Part shown: positions 37,714 through 45,759 of the stretch, in pieces | Numbering within the stretch: position 1 is the first letter of the stretch | How the letters are laid out: every line of letters begins with the position of its first letter | Assembly: GCA_021796115.1 (NCBI GenBank) | Contig: JAJYOP010000006.1 | Span: 8,359-72,358, forward strand | DNA length: 64,000 nt | Origin: a bacterium | Lineage (GTDB): Bacteria; Omnitrophota; Gorgyraeia; Duberdicusellales; 4484-171 | Direction: 5' to 3' | The notes under the pieces: generated by a model | Databases searched by the model: none | Seen by the model: the letters and a program-made list of their open reading frames with translations, nothing else | What the model was told of the DNA's origin: nothing | Program-made: the position numbers and the translations under genes

Positions 37714-38228
37714 ATGCAAATGGCATTTAAATTTGAAAAATTAAAAGTTTGGCAAAAAGGTTTAGTTTTACTCAAGGCATTCACGAATTAACAAGAAAAT
37801 TTCCCAAGGAAGAGCTGCATATATTGACTAGTCAAATTAAAAGGGCGGCTGATTCTATTGTTTTGAATATTACTGAAGGCTCTACCGGTAAGAGCGATGC
37901 AGAGTTTAGACGGTTTATTGGCTATGCATTACGTTCAGCAATCGAGGTTGTATCTTGTCTTTGTATCGGCAAGAAACGAAAAATAATTGACGATAAAGAT
38001 TTCGAAAATTTATACAAGCAGGTAAAAGTTCTAAAAGTCTTCAAAAACGAAACTAAATATACTCCTACAGATACCATACGAGTTTCATATTACAGTTGGG
38101 AAAAAGGCGTTCCCAAGGGAATTTCTACGATTTACATCGAAAAATACGGTTCAGACAAAAGCAACCTCTGGAAACTCATCGGCGGCAAAGCCCAAACCGG
38201 TGTCAGCCACGCACGCCAGACGAAATAG
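37714..38228 (+). pseudogene. four-helix-bundle protein gene (23S rRNA IVS protein / Avd-like family), frameshifted and fused to an unrelated tail
   Basis: MQMAFKFEKLKVWQK (frame 1) continues as RFSFTQGIHELTRKFPKEELHILTSQIKRAADSIVLNITEG in ORF 37749..38228. One extra A in the A5 run at 37754-37758 would join them. Confidence 0.7.
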
Positions 38229-38253
38229 TTCTGCCAGTATAATGATTCAAGCC

Positions 38254-38285
38254 AAGCCCACCTTCGTGGTGGGCTTTATGTTTTT
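38254..38285 (+). terminator. rho-independent terminator
   Basis: aagcccacc-ttcgt-ggtgggctt followed by tatgttttt. Confidence 0.75.
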
Positions 38286-38386
38286 ACAAAAGCAAAGCTT
38301 GCCGGGGATTTACTTTTGATAAAAATTAAGTATAATATAGGCAATTTACGACTTATAAAGAAGGTATTACAAGAAAAGGAGTTATC

Positions 38387-38716
38387 ATGGAAGATTTAAA
38401 GCTTACGGAAGAGGAAATTCGGGATGGCGCGCCATTTGCCGCATTATCGTATGTATTTTTTATGTGGATTCTTACTTTTATCTGGAAAAAAGACAACCGT
38501 TTCGCACATTTTCATGCCAGACAAGGCATAGCATTGTTTATCGGTGAACTTGGAATAGGAATATTTGCCTTGATTCCTTTTGTCGGTATATTTTTTTATA
38601 CCATAGGTCTGATTATTTTTCTTTTTCTTTCTCTGTATGGCATATATTATTCACTTACCGGAAGAGCCAAGCGCATACCATTTATCAGCAATATTTCGGA
38701 TAAATTTATTGTCTAA
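38387..38716 (+). CDS. DUF4870-like small membrane protein
   Basis: FAALSYVFFMWILTFIWKKDNRFAHFHARQGIALFI pattern. Three TM helices. Confidence 0.6.
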   Translation: MEDLKLTEEEIRDGAPFAALSYVFFMWILTFIWKKDNRFAHFHARQGIALFIGELGIGIFALIPFVGIFFYTIGLIIFLFLSLYGIYYSLTGRAKRIPFISNISDKFIV

Positions 38717-38721
38717 ACAAA

Positions 38722-39024
38722 ATGAATCGAGCTTTCTTAAGAAGTTGGGAAGAATTTAATCTGCAGGAAATCGAAAAAAGCCTTCTTGTTATCGGTGAGT
38801 TGTCTGCTGATTGTTATTCCTGTCACAAAATAGGTATTGATTTGAAAGCGCATGTTTGCCCTGGTTGCGGAACTAATTTTAAATATATAGGTTTCAGAAA
38901 AAAGGTTGATGGCGCATATGTGCACAGGTTGAAAGCAGAAATGCCTTACGCTGTTTTTATTGATTTTGAAGATTTCAAAAAGGCAACCGGCAAAAACGAA
39001 GCAAGGAAGTTATTGGATATATAA
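38722..39024 (+). CDS. zinc-ribbon protein of unknown function
   Basis: CYSC ... CPGC pairs. 100 aa. Confidence 0.5.
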   Translation: MNRAFLRSWEEFNLQEIEKSLLVIGELSADCYSCHKIGIDLKAHVCPGCGTNFKYIGFRKKVDGAYVHRLKAEMPYAVFIDFEDFKKATGKNEARKLLDI

Positions 39025-39038
39025 ATTAAGGAGGCAAT

Positions 39039-39134
39039 ATGTCTAAGGGAAGAAAAGCTTTTGGCCCCAAAAAAAAGAAATATTGCGACCTTCATAAAAA
39101 ATCTTCGCGCTGCAGAAAAAGCAAAAAGAAATAA
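39039..39134 (+). CDS. possible 31-aa highly basic peptide
   Basis: aaggagg SD 6 nt upstream. MSKGRKAFGPKKKKYCDLHKKSSRCRKSKKK. No family recognised. Confidence 0.25.
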   Translation: MSKGRKAFGPKKKKYCDLHKKSSRCRKSKKK

Positions 39135-39302
39135 AATTTTTAATCCCTCGCAGGAACCCCCGGGCTTTAGCCCGTGGGAGGAATGTAGTTGTGATTTCTG
39201 CTCGGGAGGAACCCCGGACTTCAGGGTCCTTCCTTAAAAGGTATGAGGAAGGCCCATCCTTTAGGATAGCCCGGGGAAGCTTAACTTTGCTCTATTTGGT
39301 GT

Positions 39303-39376
39303 GCGCCTGTAGCTCAACTGGATAGAGCATCTGGCTTCGGACCAGAGGGTTGCAAGTTCAACTCTTGCCAGGCGCG
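39303..39376 (+). tRNA. tRNA-Arg (anticodon TCG)
   Basis: Manual cloverleaf: acceptor GCGCCTG/CAGGCGC, D arm GCTC/GAGC, anticodon arm TCTGG-CTTCGGA-CCAGA, T arm GCAAG-TTCAACT-CTTGC. Confidence 0.9.
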
Positions 39377-39411
39377 TGGTTACTGAAAAATCAAAAATTA
39401 GTTTTATTTTA

Positions 39412-39500
39412 GGAGAGGTGCGAGAGCGGTTTAATCGGCACGCCTGGAGAGCGTGTGTCCCAAGAAATTGGGACCGAGAGTTCAAATCTCTCCCTCTCCG
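39412..39500 (+). tRNA. tRNA-Ser (anticodon GGA), class II
   Basis: Acceptor GGAGAGG/CCTCTCC, anticodon arm CACGC-CTGGAGA-GCGTG, long variable arm, T arm GAGAG-TTCAAAT-CTCTC. Confidence 0.9.
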
Positions 39501-39687
39501 TATTATTGAAAATAAGTAGCAGCATAAGGTCGCCTCTGGCGGCGAAAGACTGAATTTCTTCACGACTATAGAATGAGTGAATGTATTAAAAATGGGCACG
39601 TAACTTGAACGAAGTGTTCCAAAAAATAAGGACAATGCAGAAAGTGTCAGCCTATACAATGGTGGTCTCAAAAGAAGCTATAAGTTT

Positions 39688-40230
39688 ATGAACAAATCAA
39701 AAGCATTAGACGATTTTAAAAGTTTAATCGAAATTTTAGAAAATAATATAAATCTATTTATGAAAGGAAAAACATCTACTTATCGTACGGTATCTGTACA
39801 ATTGAGAATGCTAATGTGCGATAAAGATTCGTTATCGCAACGTTTATTCCCATCAGCTAAACTACATAGGATTTCTAGCATAGCTAACAATTCTCCAGAA
39901 TTAGAAATGCCAGCACTGCAACTACCTATACAACTTAGATTTGATGGCGGAAAAGTAATTGATTGTGACCTTTCAGTGGATGATGTGCTTATAAGTATCA
40001 AGGAATGGCTTGAGCAACCTCTATTAACCCAACATATTACAGTGCGTGAATTCATTGAATCTGTATGTGACAAAGAAAGCAAACATTCAGACCCTGACTT
40101 TAATGATACTTTAAACTTTACAAAAAATATAAAATTTGGGAGAGATGAATCGAGAAAATGGCTCATGATTGCACTTGGCAAGTATATTTTAAATATCCTA
40201 AAAAATACCGTAGAATACAATAATCTATAG
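39688..40230 (+). CDS. orphan hypothetical protein, visibly lower GC than neighbours
   Basis: 180-aa ORF directly downstream of two tRNA genes. No recognisable motif. Confidence 0.5.
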   Translation: MNKSKALDDFKSLIEILENNINLFMKGKTSTYRTVSVQLRMLMCDKDSLSQRLFPSAKLHRISSIANNSPELEMPALQLPIQLRFDGGKVIDCDLSVDDVLISIKEWLEQPLLTQHITVREFIESVCDKESKHSDPDFNDTLNFTKNIKFGRDESRKWLMIALGKYILNILKNTVEYNNL

Positions 40231-40505
40231 TTCCTTGAGTTCATTGATTTATCCATCTTTGCGGGTTTATTAGAATATAGGTCCATCTAGGGCGAGAGCC
40301 AACCTATACCGTGCTTGTGGCAGATTTTTATAAGTAACTTTATGCCAGTAGCTGTAGGGTTCGACTGGCGCCCACGATTACCCGCCATTGATACCAACTC
40401 AGACTTTATTGTTTACAATAAGTTAATCTTCCCACGCACTTTATGCGATGATAGCTGGCTTACCATCTTGTAAAAGCAAATCAATTATGATACAATTCTG
40501 AATAT

Positions 40506-42035
40506 ATGAAGCAATTTTTATATTGCAGCAATAAATCCTCCAAGCGAAGATTAAAACTTCCCGTTACTTTTAAGAAAATATCTACCCCCAAAGAACTCAT
40601 CAAGAAAGGTTTTGCCGTAGCGATATTCGATAATTCCTGCGTAAAGAAAATAAAAACGCAACTTTCGCAATTTACCGATAAAGTATGCCTGCTCTATTCA
40701 GATAAAGAAGACAAAACAAGTATTTCTAAAGCGCAATCAAAAGGATTCTTTGACTACTTTTCAGCGAACTCAAGCGATAACGAAATTATTTTTAAATTAA
40801 AAAAAGCCGAAGAGTTTCTGGGATATAAAGAGCGCGTGAGTAATCTTGAGAGAGAACTTTTGAGTAAAGATAAAAAAATAAAAGAGATTGTTCTTGTAGA
40901 TTCGCATACCGGCTGCTATAACTGGCGTTATTTTTTACATCGTGCGCGTCAAGAGTTGAGCCGTGCCCGCAGGCATCTTCATAATATATCCTTTATCGTC
41001 ATCGACATCGATTATTTCCGGCAGATAAACGAGCTCTATAATACCAATATTGCCGATAGCGTCATAAAAGAAATGGTGGGTATACTTTCCGATAATTTAC
41101 GCAACGAAGACATCCTGACGCGCTGGCGGGAAGATGAGTTTTTCGTTATTTTACCTTATTTATCAAGAGAAAATGCCTTTCAGGTTGCCAAGCGCATAAA
41201 AGATAGAATTGCTCTGCATAAATTCAAATATAAAAAATTTTCTCTTAATATCAAAGTAAGCATGGGTGTAGTTTCGTTCCCAGGCGATAATGTCTATAAC
41301 ACCAAAGATGTGATAAATGCTTTCCATGAATGCCTTAGTATTGCCAAGAAAAAAGGAGGCAACAGCGTCGTACTTTACTCAAGGCCGGAGCATATGCAGC
41401 TTGTTAAGGAAAGAAAAACCGTTGGAGTGGATGCATTTAAAACAAAAATAGAAAAATTAAATGCGCTGCTTACGCGTGACCTTCTTGAGATGATCTATGG
41501 TTTTGCGCGCGCCATCGAAGCAAAGGATTATTATACCGGCAGGCACGTTGAATATACTTCTTTGATTGCGGAAAAAATTGCACAAGAGCTGAATTTGCCG
41601 CCGGCAGAGATAGAAAATATAAAGCACGCAGCCGCCCTGCACGATTTAGGAAAGGTCGGCATAGATGAAAGCATACTTTCTAAAAATGGCCCGCTTGTAG
41701 AAAAAGAAAAAGAGGTTATTAAAACTCATCCATGGACAGCCGCTGAAATTTTAAGAGAAATCCATGCTTTAAGAGGTGCTATACCGGCTATTTTGTATCA
41801 TCATGAGCGCTTTGACGGAAAAGGGTATCCGCTTGGCCTAAAAGGCGACGAAATACCTCTTAGTGCAAGAATTGTCGCAATCGCTGATGTTTATCAGGCG
41901 CTTGTATCAGACCGGCCATACCGAAAAGCCTTCAGTAAGGAAAAAGCTATCGAAATTATCAAAAAAGAAACCGGCGAGCATTTTGACCCCAAAGTGGCAA
42001 AGGTATTCTTCAAAGTTATCAATAAAATAAAATAA
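40506..42035 (+). CDS. degenerate GGDEF domain / HD-GYP domain signalling protein
   Basis: GGDEF fold with RWREDEFFVIL in place of GGDEF. HDLGK ... HHERFDGKGYPLGL HD-GYP. Confidence 0.8.
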   Translation: MKQFLYCSNKSSKRRLKLPVTFKKISTPKELIKKGFAVAIFDNSCVKKIKTQLSQFTDKVCLLYSDKEDKTSISKAQSKGFFDYFSANSSDNEIIFKLKKAEEFLGYKERVSNLERELLSKDKKIKEIVLVDSHTGCYNWRYFLHRARQELSRARRHLHNISFIVIDIDYFRQINELYNTNIADSVIKEMVGILSDNLRNEDILTRWREDEFFVILPYLSRENAFQVAKRIKDRIALHKFKYKKFSLNIKVSMGVVSFPGDNVYNTKDVINAFHECLSIAKKKGGNSVVLYSRPEHMQLVKERKTVGVDAFKTKIEKLNALLTRDLLEMIYGFARAIEAKDYYTGRHVEYTSLIAEKIAQELNLPPAEIENIKHAAALHDLGKVGIDESILSKNGPLVEKEKEVIKTHPWTAAEILREIHALRGAIPAILYHHERFDGKGYPLGLKGDEIPLSARIVAIADVYQALVSDRPYRKAFSKEKAIEIIKKETGEHFDPKVAKVFFKVINKIK

Positions 42036-42042
42036 ATTGCGC

Positions 42043-42513
42043 ATGTTTACCGAGCATCATCTTTATATGCAGAAAGCTCTTAGTGAAGCTCAATGCGCAT
42101 TCGATAAAAATGAGGTTCCTGTTGGGGCGGTGATAGCCCATGAAGGAAAAATAATTGCCAAGGCCCATAATCAAGTTGAAACTCTTCGCGATCCGACAGC
42201 GCACGCAGAAATGCTTGCTATCACTCAAGCCGCAAGCGCTTTAAAATCGAAATGGTTGAAAGGCTGCACACTTTATGTTACGGTAGAGCCGTGCACGATG
42301 TGCGCCGGAGCGCTTGTTCTTTCCCGCATAGAAAAAATAGTATTTGGGGTCTCTGATCCAAAGACAGGAGCCTTTGGTTCCAAAATCGATCTAAACATCT
42401 TAGGGCTTAATCATAAAATTAAAATAAAAAGAGGCATTCTGGAAGAAGAAAGCCATCAGTTATTAAAGAGCTTTTTCAAAACAAAAAGGAATAATGTAAA
42501 ATATTTTCATTAG
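42043..42513 (+). CDS. tadA: tRNA-specific adenosine deaminase
   Basis: HAEMLAI and PCTMCAGAL zinc-binding motifs. Confidence 0.9.
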   Translation: MFTEHHLYMQKALSEAQCAFDKNEVPVGAVIAHEGKIIAKAHNQVETLRDPTAHAEMLAITQAASALKSKWLKGCTLYVTVEPCTMCAGALVLSRIEKIVFGVSDPKTGAFGSKIDLNILGLNHKIKIKRGILEEESHQLLKSFFKTKRNNVKYFH

Positions 42514-42583
42514 GCACCTCGGAACGATTTACTCAGTGCCGATGAAAAATAATGAGTAACCCTGCATAGTTTTCTTTTTCATC

Positions 42584-42671
42584 GGAGAGGTGGCTGAGCG
42601 GTTGAAAGCGCCGGTCTTGAAAACCGGTGAGGTCCTCGTGGCCTCCGTGAGTTCAAATCTCACCCTCTCCG
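42584..42671 (+). tRNA. tRNA-Ser (anticodon TGA), class II
   Basis: Acceptor GGAGAGG/CCTCTCC, anticodon arm CCGGT-CTTGAAA-ACCGG, long variable arm, T arm GTGAG-TTCAAAT-CTCAC. Confidence 0.9.
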
Positions 42672-43016
42672 TGTTCTCACTAGTTTGATATCGTTATCCT
42701 GCCGGAAATAGTTGAGTGGTTAAAGATAGCGATATTTGGATACCACAAGGGACTTCGGCCTAACTACGGCTTCGCCGGAGGTTGCATGTAAATCTATCCT
42801 CTCCCACGCGATACCATTCGAGTCGGAGTCCGAACTTTTTTACAGAATTCAACAAAAGAAATGGCAGATTCCACGAGGTTCCGGCCGAGCCGGAATCAAA
42901 TAAAATAGACAGTGAAACAAAACGTTGTTTTTCTTGACTTTACGAGCCAATTGTGATAACGTAAATCTAATTATTTCACGATTTTAGTAAAGGATTTTTA
43001 GAGAAGGGAGGTCTAT

Positions 43017-43673
43017 ATGTCAAGAAAACTTTTATTGATTGGATTATTGTTATCTTTTGTTTTTATCAATGGCTGTACGGTAATATTCCAGTCGGGCCGC
43101 CGTTCTGATGCAGAACGGATAAAAAGCTTGGAAAAAGAATTAGAAGAATTAAAGAACACAAAAGGGTTGCTTGAGCAAAGCCTTGAAAAAGAGATAAAGG
43201 ATAAGCAAGTTCGCTTGAGTATGGAAGAGAAGGGCCTGGTTATTACCTTTGTTTCCGAAGTGCTTTTTGATTCAGGTAAGGACATACTTAAGCCGACAAG
43301 CTTGGCGAGTTTAAGTAAGGTAGCAAAAATACTTGTCAACAATGTCCCGGAAAATAATATCGGAATAGAAGGTTATACTGATAACGTGCCTATAAAATAT
43401 TCAAAGTGGAAATCAAACTGGGAGTTGTCTGCACACAGAGCTTTAAGTGTGCTTGAGTATCTTGAAACACAAGGAGTTAGTCCGCAAAGGCTATCTGCTT
43501 CTGGATACGGCGAGTATCATCCGGTTGCTTCAAATGACACAGCCGAAGGCAGGCAAATGAACCGTAGAGTTGAAATTGTTATTTTGCCAAAAACAGTTAA
43601 GAAAATTGAAAAAGGCGCTTTGACTAAAGAAAATGAAGAGCAGCTACCCAAAGAAGAGGAGGAGTTGAAATGA
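43017..43673 (+). CDS. OmpA/MotB-family peptidoglycan-binding lipoprotein
   Basis: Lipobox FINGC. OmpA_C block GYTDNVPI...WELSAHRALSVLEYL...GYGEYHPVASNDTAEGRQMNRRVEI. Confidence 0.85.
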   Translation: MSRKLLLIGLLLSFVFINGCTVIFQSGRRSDAERIKSLEKELEELKNTKGLLEQSLEKEIKDKQVRLSMEEKGLVITFVSEVLFDSGKDILKPTSLASLSKVAKILVNNVPENNIGIEGYTDNVPIKYSKWKSNWELSAHRALSVLEYLETQGVSPQRLSASGYGEYHPVASNDTAEGRQMNRRVEIVILPKTVKKIEKGALTKENEEQLPKEEEELK

Positions 43674-44008
43674 AAGATAGGCCTCTCATACTAAGTTTGC
43701 TTGTAGGCTTGATTATGGTGTTGGTTATTGCCGGGGTTTCGCTTTTGGTTAGAATAAATGCGTTATCGGGTTCAGAAAGAAAAATCCAGGCAGAAAAAAT
43801 GACGATTTCCGAACAGCTAGAGAATTTGAAAAAAGATAATTCTTCATTAACCGAAAAAAACAAAGGTCTCATTGATGATTTAGCGCAAGCTAATACCAAG
43901 CTTGAAGAGACCAAGACAGAATTGGCAAAATTGGAAAAGCTTAAAGATAAACTGGAAGAAAATTTAAAAGATGAATTGATGAAGAAAGAAACAAATGTAA
44001 AAAACTAA
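43670..44008 (+). CDS. membrane-anchored coiled-coil protein
   Basis: N-terminal TM, then heptad-rich sequence. Start overlaps the previous stop (ATGA). Confidence 0.55.
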   Translation: MKDRPLILSLLVGLIMVLVIAGVSLLVRINALSGSERKIQAEKMTISEQLENLKKDNSSLTEKNKGLIDDLAQANTKLEETKTELAKLEKLKDKLEENLKDELMKKETNVKN

Positions 44009-44036
44009 GGGAGGAATCAAAACCGTTTTACTTCGT

Positions 44037-44064
44037 AAGGGGGCATAAAGCCCCCTTATTTTTT
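44037..44064 (+). terminator. rho-independent terminator
   Basis: aagggggc-ataaa-gccccctt followed by attttttg. Confidence 0.85.
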
Positions 44065-44088
44065 GTATGGGGAGAAACCAAAATATAT

Positions 44089-44211
44089 GAAATTCCAAGC
44101 ATCAAGCTCCAAATTCCAAATAAATTCTAATGACCGAAATTCCAATGTCCTAAACGAAACCTGTTTCGGTCGTTTGAACATTGAAGCTTAGACCTTATTT
44201 GATGCCGGGAA
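44089..44211. repeat. ccaaat/atttgg hairpin family, copy 2 (right arm degenerate)
   Basis: gaaattccaagcatcaagctccaaattccaaataaattctaatgaccgaaattccaatgtcctaaacgaaacctgtttcggtcgtttgaacattg. Confidence 0.8.
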
Positions 44212-44226
44212 TTATCATCAGTTTTT

Positions 44227-44940
44227 ATGAAAGAAACAAATATTCCTCAACATATCGCGATTATCATGGACGGTAACGGCCGCTGGGCCAAAGAAAAAAG
44301 TTTACCGCGTTCGCTTGGGCACAGGGAGGGTTCTAAGCGAATAAAAGAAGTGATAGCAGAAGCAAAAAGAATAGGCGTAAAAATCATAACAGTTTTTGCC
44401 TTTTCTACGGAAAATTGGAACAGGCCCAAAGAGGAAATAAATTTGCTTTTCTCCTATCTTGAAGATTTTTTAAAAAATTACAAAGATAAATTGATGAAGG
44501 AAAATATAAAACTTAACATAATTGGCAGAAAAGACAGGTTACGCAGAGATATTGTTATAAAAATCGAAGAAATCGAAAAGTTAACCGCAAAAAATAATTC
44601 GTTTATTTTCAATATAGCTTTAGATTATGGAGGAAAATGGGACATAGTTACGGCAGCAAAAAAGCTCGTTCTGGATTGTCAAAGCGGGAAGATTTCGGAA
44701 AGCCAAATCAATGAAGATGCTTTTGCAAAATATTTAGCTTTAGATGATATGCCGGATCCGGACCTGCTTATACGGACTTCCGGTGAAGAGCGGATAAGTA
44801 ATTTTTTACTTTGGAATTTGGCATATACAGAGTTTTATTTCCCAAAAATATATTGGCCTGATTTTAATAAAAATGAATTGTTGAAAGCGGTCGACATCTA
44901 TTCTTCAAGAAAGAGGAGGTTTGGTAAAATCTATGGCTAA
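44227..44940 (+). CDS. uppS: undecaprenyl diphosphate synthase (cis-isoprenyl transferase)
   Basis: HIAIIMDGNGRWA ... RTSGEERISNFLLWNLAYTEF. Confidence 0.95.
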   Translation: MKETNIPQHIAIIMDGNGRWAKEKSLPRSLGHREGSKRIKEVIAEAKRIGVKIITVFAFSTENWNRPKEEINLLFSYLEDFLKNYKDKLMKENIKLNIIGRKDRLRRDIVIKIEEIEKLTAKNNSFIFNIALDYGGKWDIVTAAKKLVLDCQSGKISESQINEDAFAKYLALDDMPDPDLLIRTSGEERISNFLLWNLAYTEFYFPKIYWPDFNKNELLKAVDIYSSRKRRFGKIYG

Positions 44941-45748
44941 AAGAATTTTAAGCTCGATTTTTCTGGGGATAGTTGTTGTTTTTTCAGCTATGTTTTACCC
45001 TCTCTGCGGTTTCGTTACCTCTCTTTTGATATTAATCGGGTTATATGAATTTTTTTATATGGTAGAAAAAAAAGGAGTGCGGCTGTTTAAAATTTTTGGA
45101 ATCGCCGTTGGATTATTTATACCCATAAGCATATATTTTCATTTTTCGATAAAAGAAGGCGGGCAATTCTTATTTACAATTCTTGGGCTTTTTGCTTTGT
45201 TCCTGCTTGAGCTTACCAAAAAGGAGAATCATCAGGCCATACTTTCTCTCTCGACAACAGTTTTTGCCATCCTTTACATTTCCTGGTGTTTTAGTTTTTT
45301 GATAAGAATCAGGCAGCTTGAAGAAGGAACTATGCTCCTTGGATTTTTAATCGTCATAACCAAATCATCCGACATAGGGGCATATCTCTGGGGCAGAAAA
45401 TATGGCAGAACGCAACTTTTGGCAAGGATAAGCCCGAACAAATCGCTTGAGGGGGCAGTCGGAGGATTTTTCACAAGTATCATAGTTGGGTCTATTTTTT
45501 CGGTATTTGTTACAAGCATCGGTTCTTTAGAAAAGTTTTTTTTGATAATAATCGTCGCAATAATTTCACAACTCGGCGATCTTTTTGAATCGCTCATTAA
45601 AAGGGATTGCCAGGTCAAAGATTCAGGAAGAATTTTTCCGGGGATGGGCGGGGTGCTTGACGTTATAGATAGCATAATTTTTACCGCACCAATATTTTAT
45701 CTTTACGTCACAATGATGAAGGAAAGCCTGGTGCTTCCGCCTATGTAA
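44933..45748 (+). CDS. cdsA: phosphatidate cytidylyltransferase
   Basis: Multi-TM. C-terminal SLIKRDCQVKDSGRIFPGMGGVLDVIDS signature. Confidence 0.9.
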   Translation: MAKRILSSIFLGIVVVFSAMFYPLCGFVTSLLILIGLYEFFYMVEKKGVRLFKIFGIAVGLFIPISIYFHFSIKEGGQFLFTILGLFALFLLELTKKENHQAILSLSTTVFAILYISWCFSFLIRIRQLEEGTMLLGFLIVITKSSDIGAYLWGRKYGRTQLLARISPNKSLEGAVGGFFTSIIVGSIFSVFVTSIGSLEKFFLIIIVAIISQLGDLFESLIKRDCQVKDSGRIFPGMGGVLDVIDSIIFTAPIFYLYVTMMKESLVLPPM

Positions 45749-45759
45749 TTTAAACTAAT

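Noticed and set aside
37714-38228. Four-helix-bundle gene as the Avd component of a diversity-generating retroelement
   Set aside because: No reverse transcriptase gene is nearby. I found no template/variable repeat pair between the 3' end of the SpvB-domain gene (37400-37680) and the downstream region (38030-38300).
39261-39671. 136-aa minus-strand ORF
   Set aside because: It overlaps both tRNA genes (39303-39376, 39412-39500) on the opposite strand. It is an artefact.
39303-40505. Prophage or integrative element at the tRNA genes
   Set aside because: No integrase, phage or conjugation genes are present and no recognisable duplication of the tRNA 3' end was seen. It is kept only as a small-island hypothesis.
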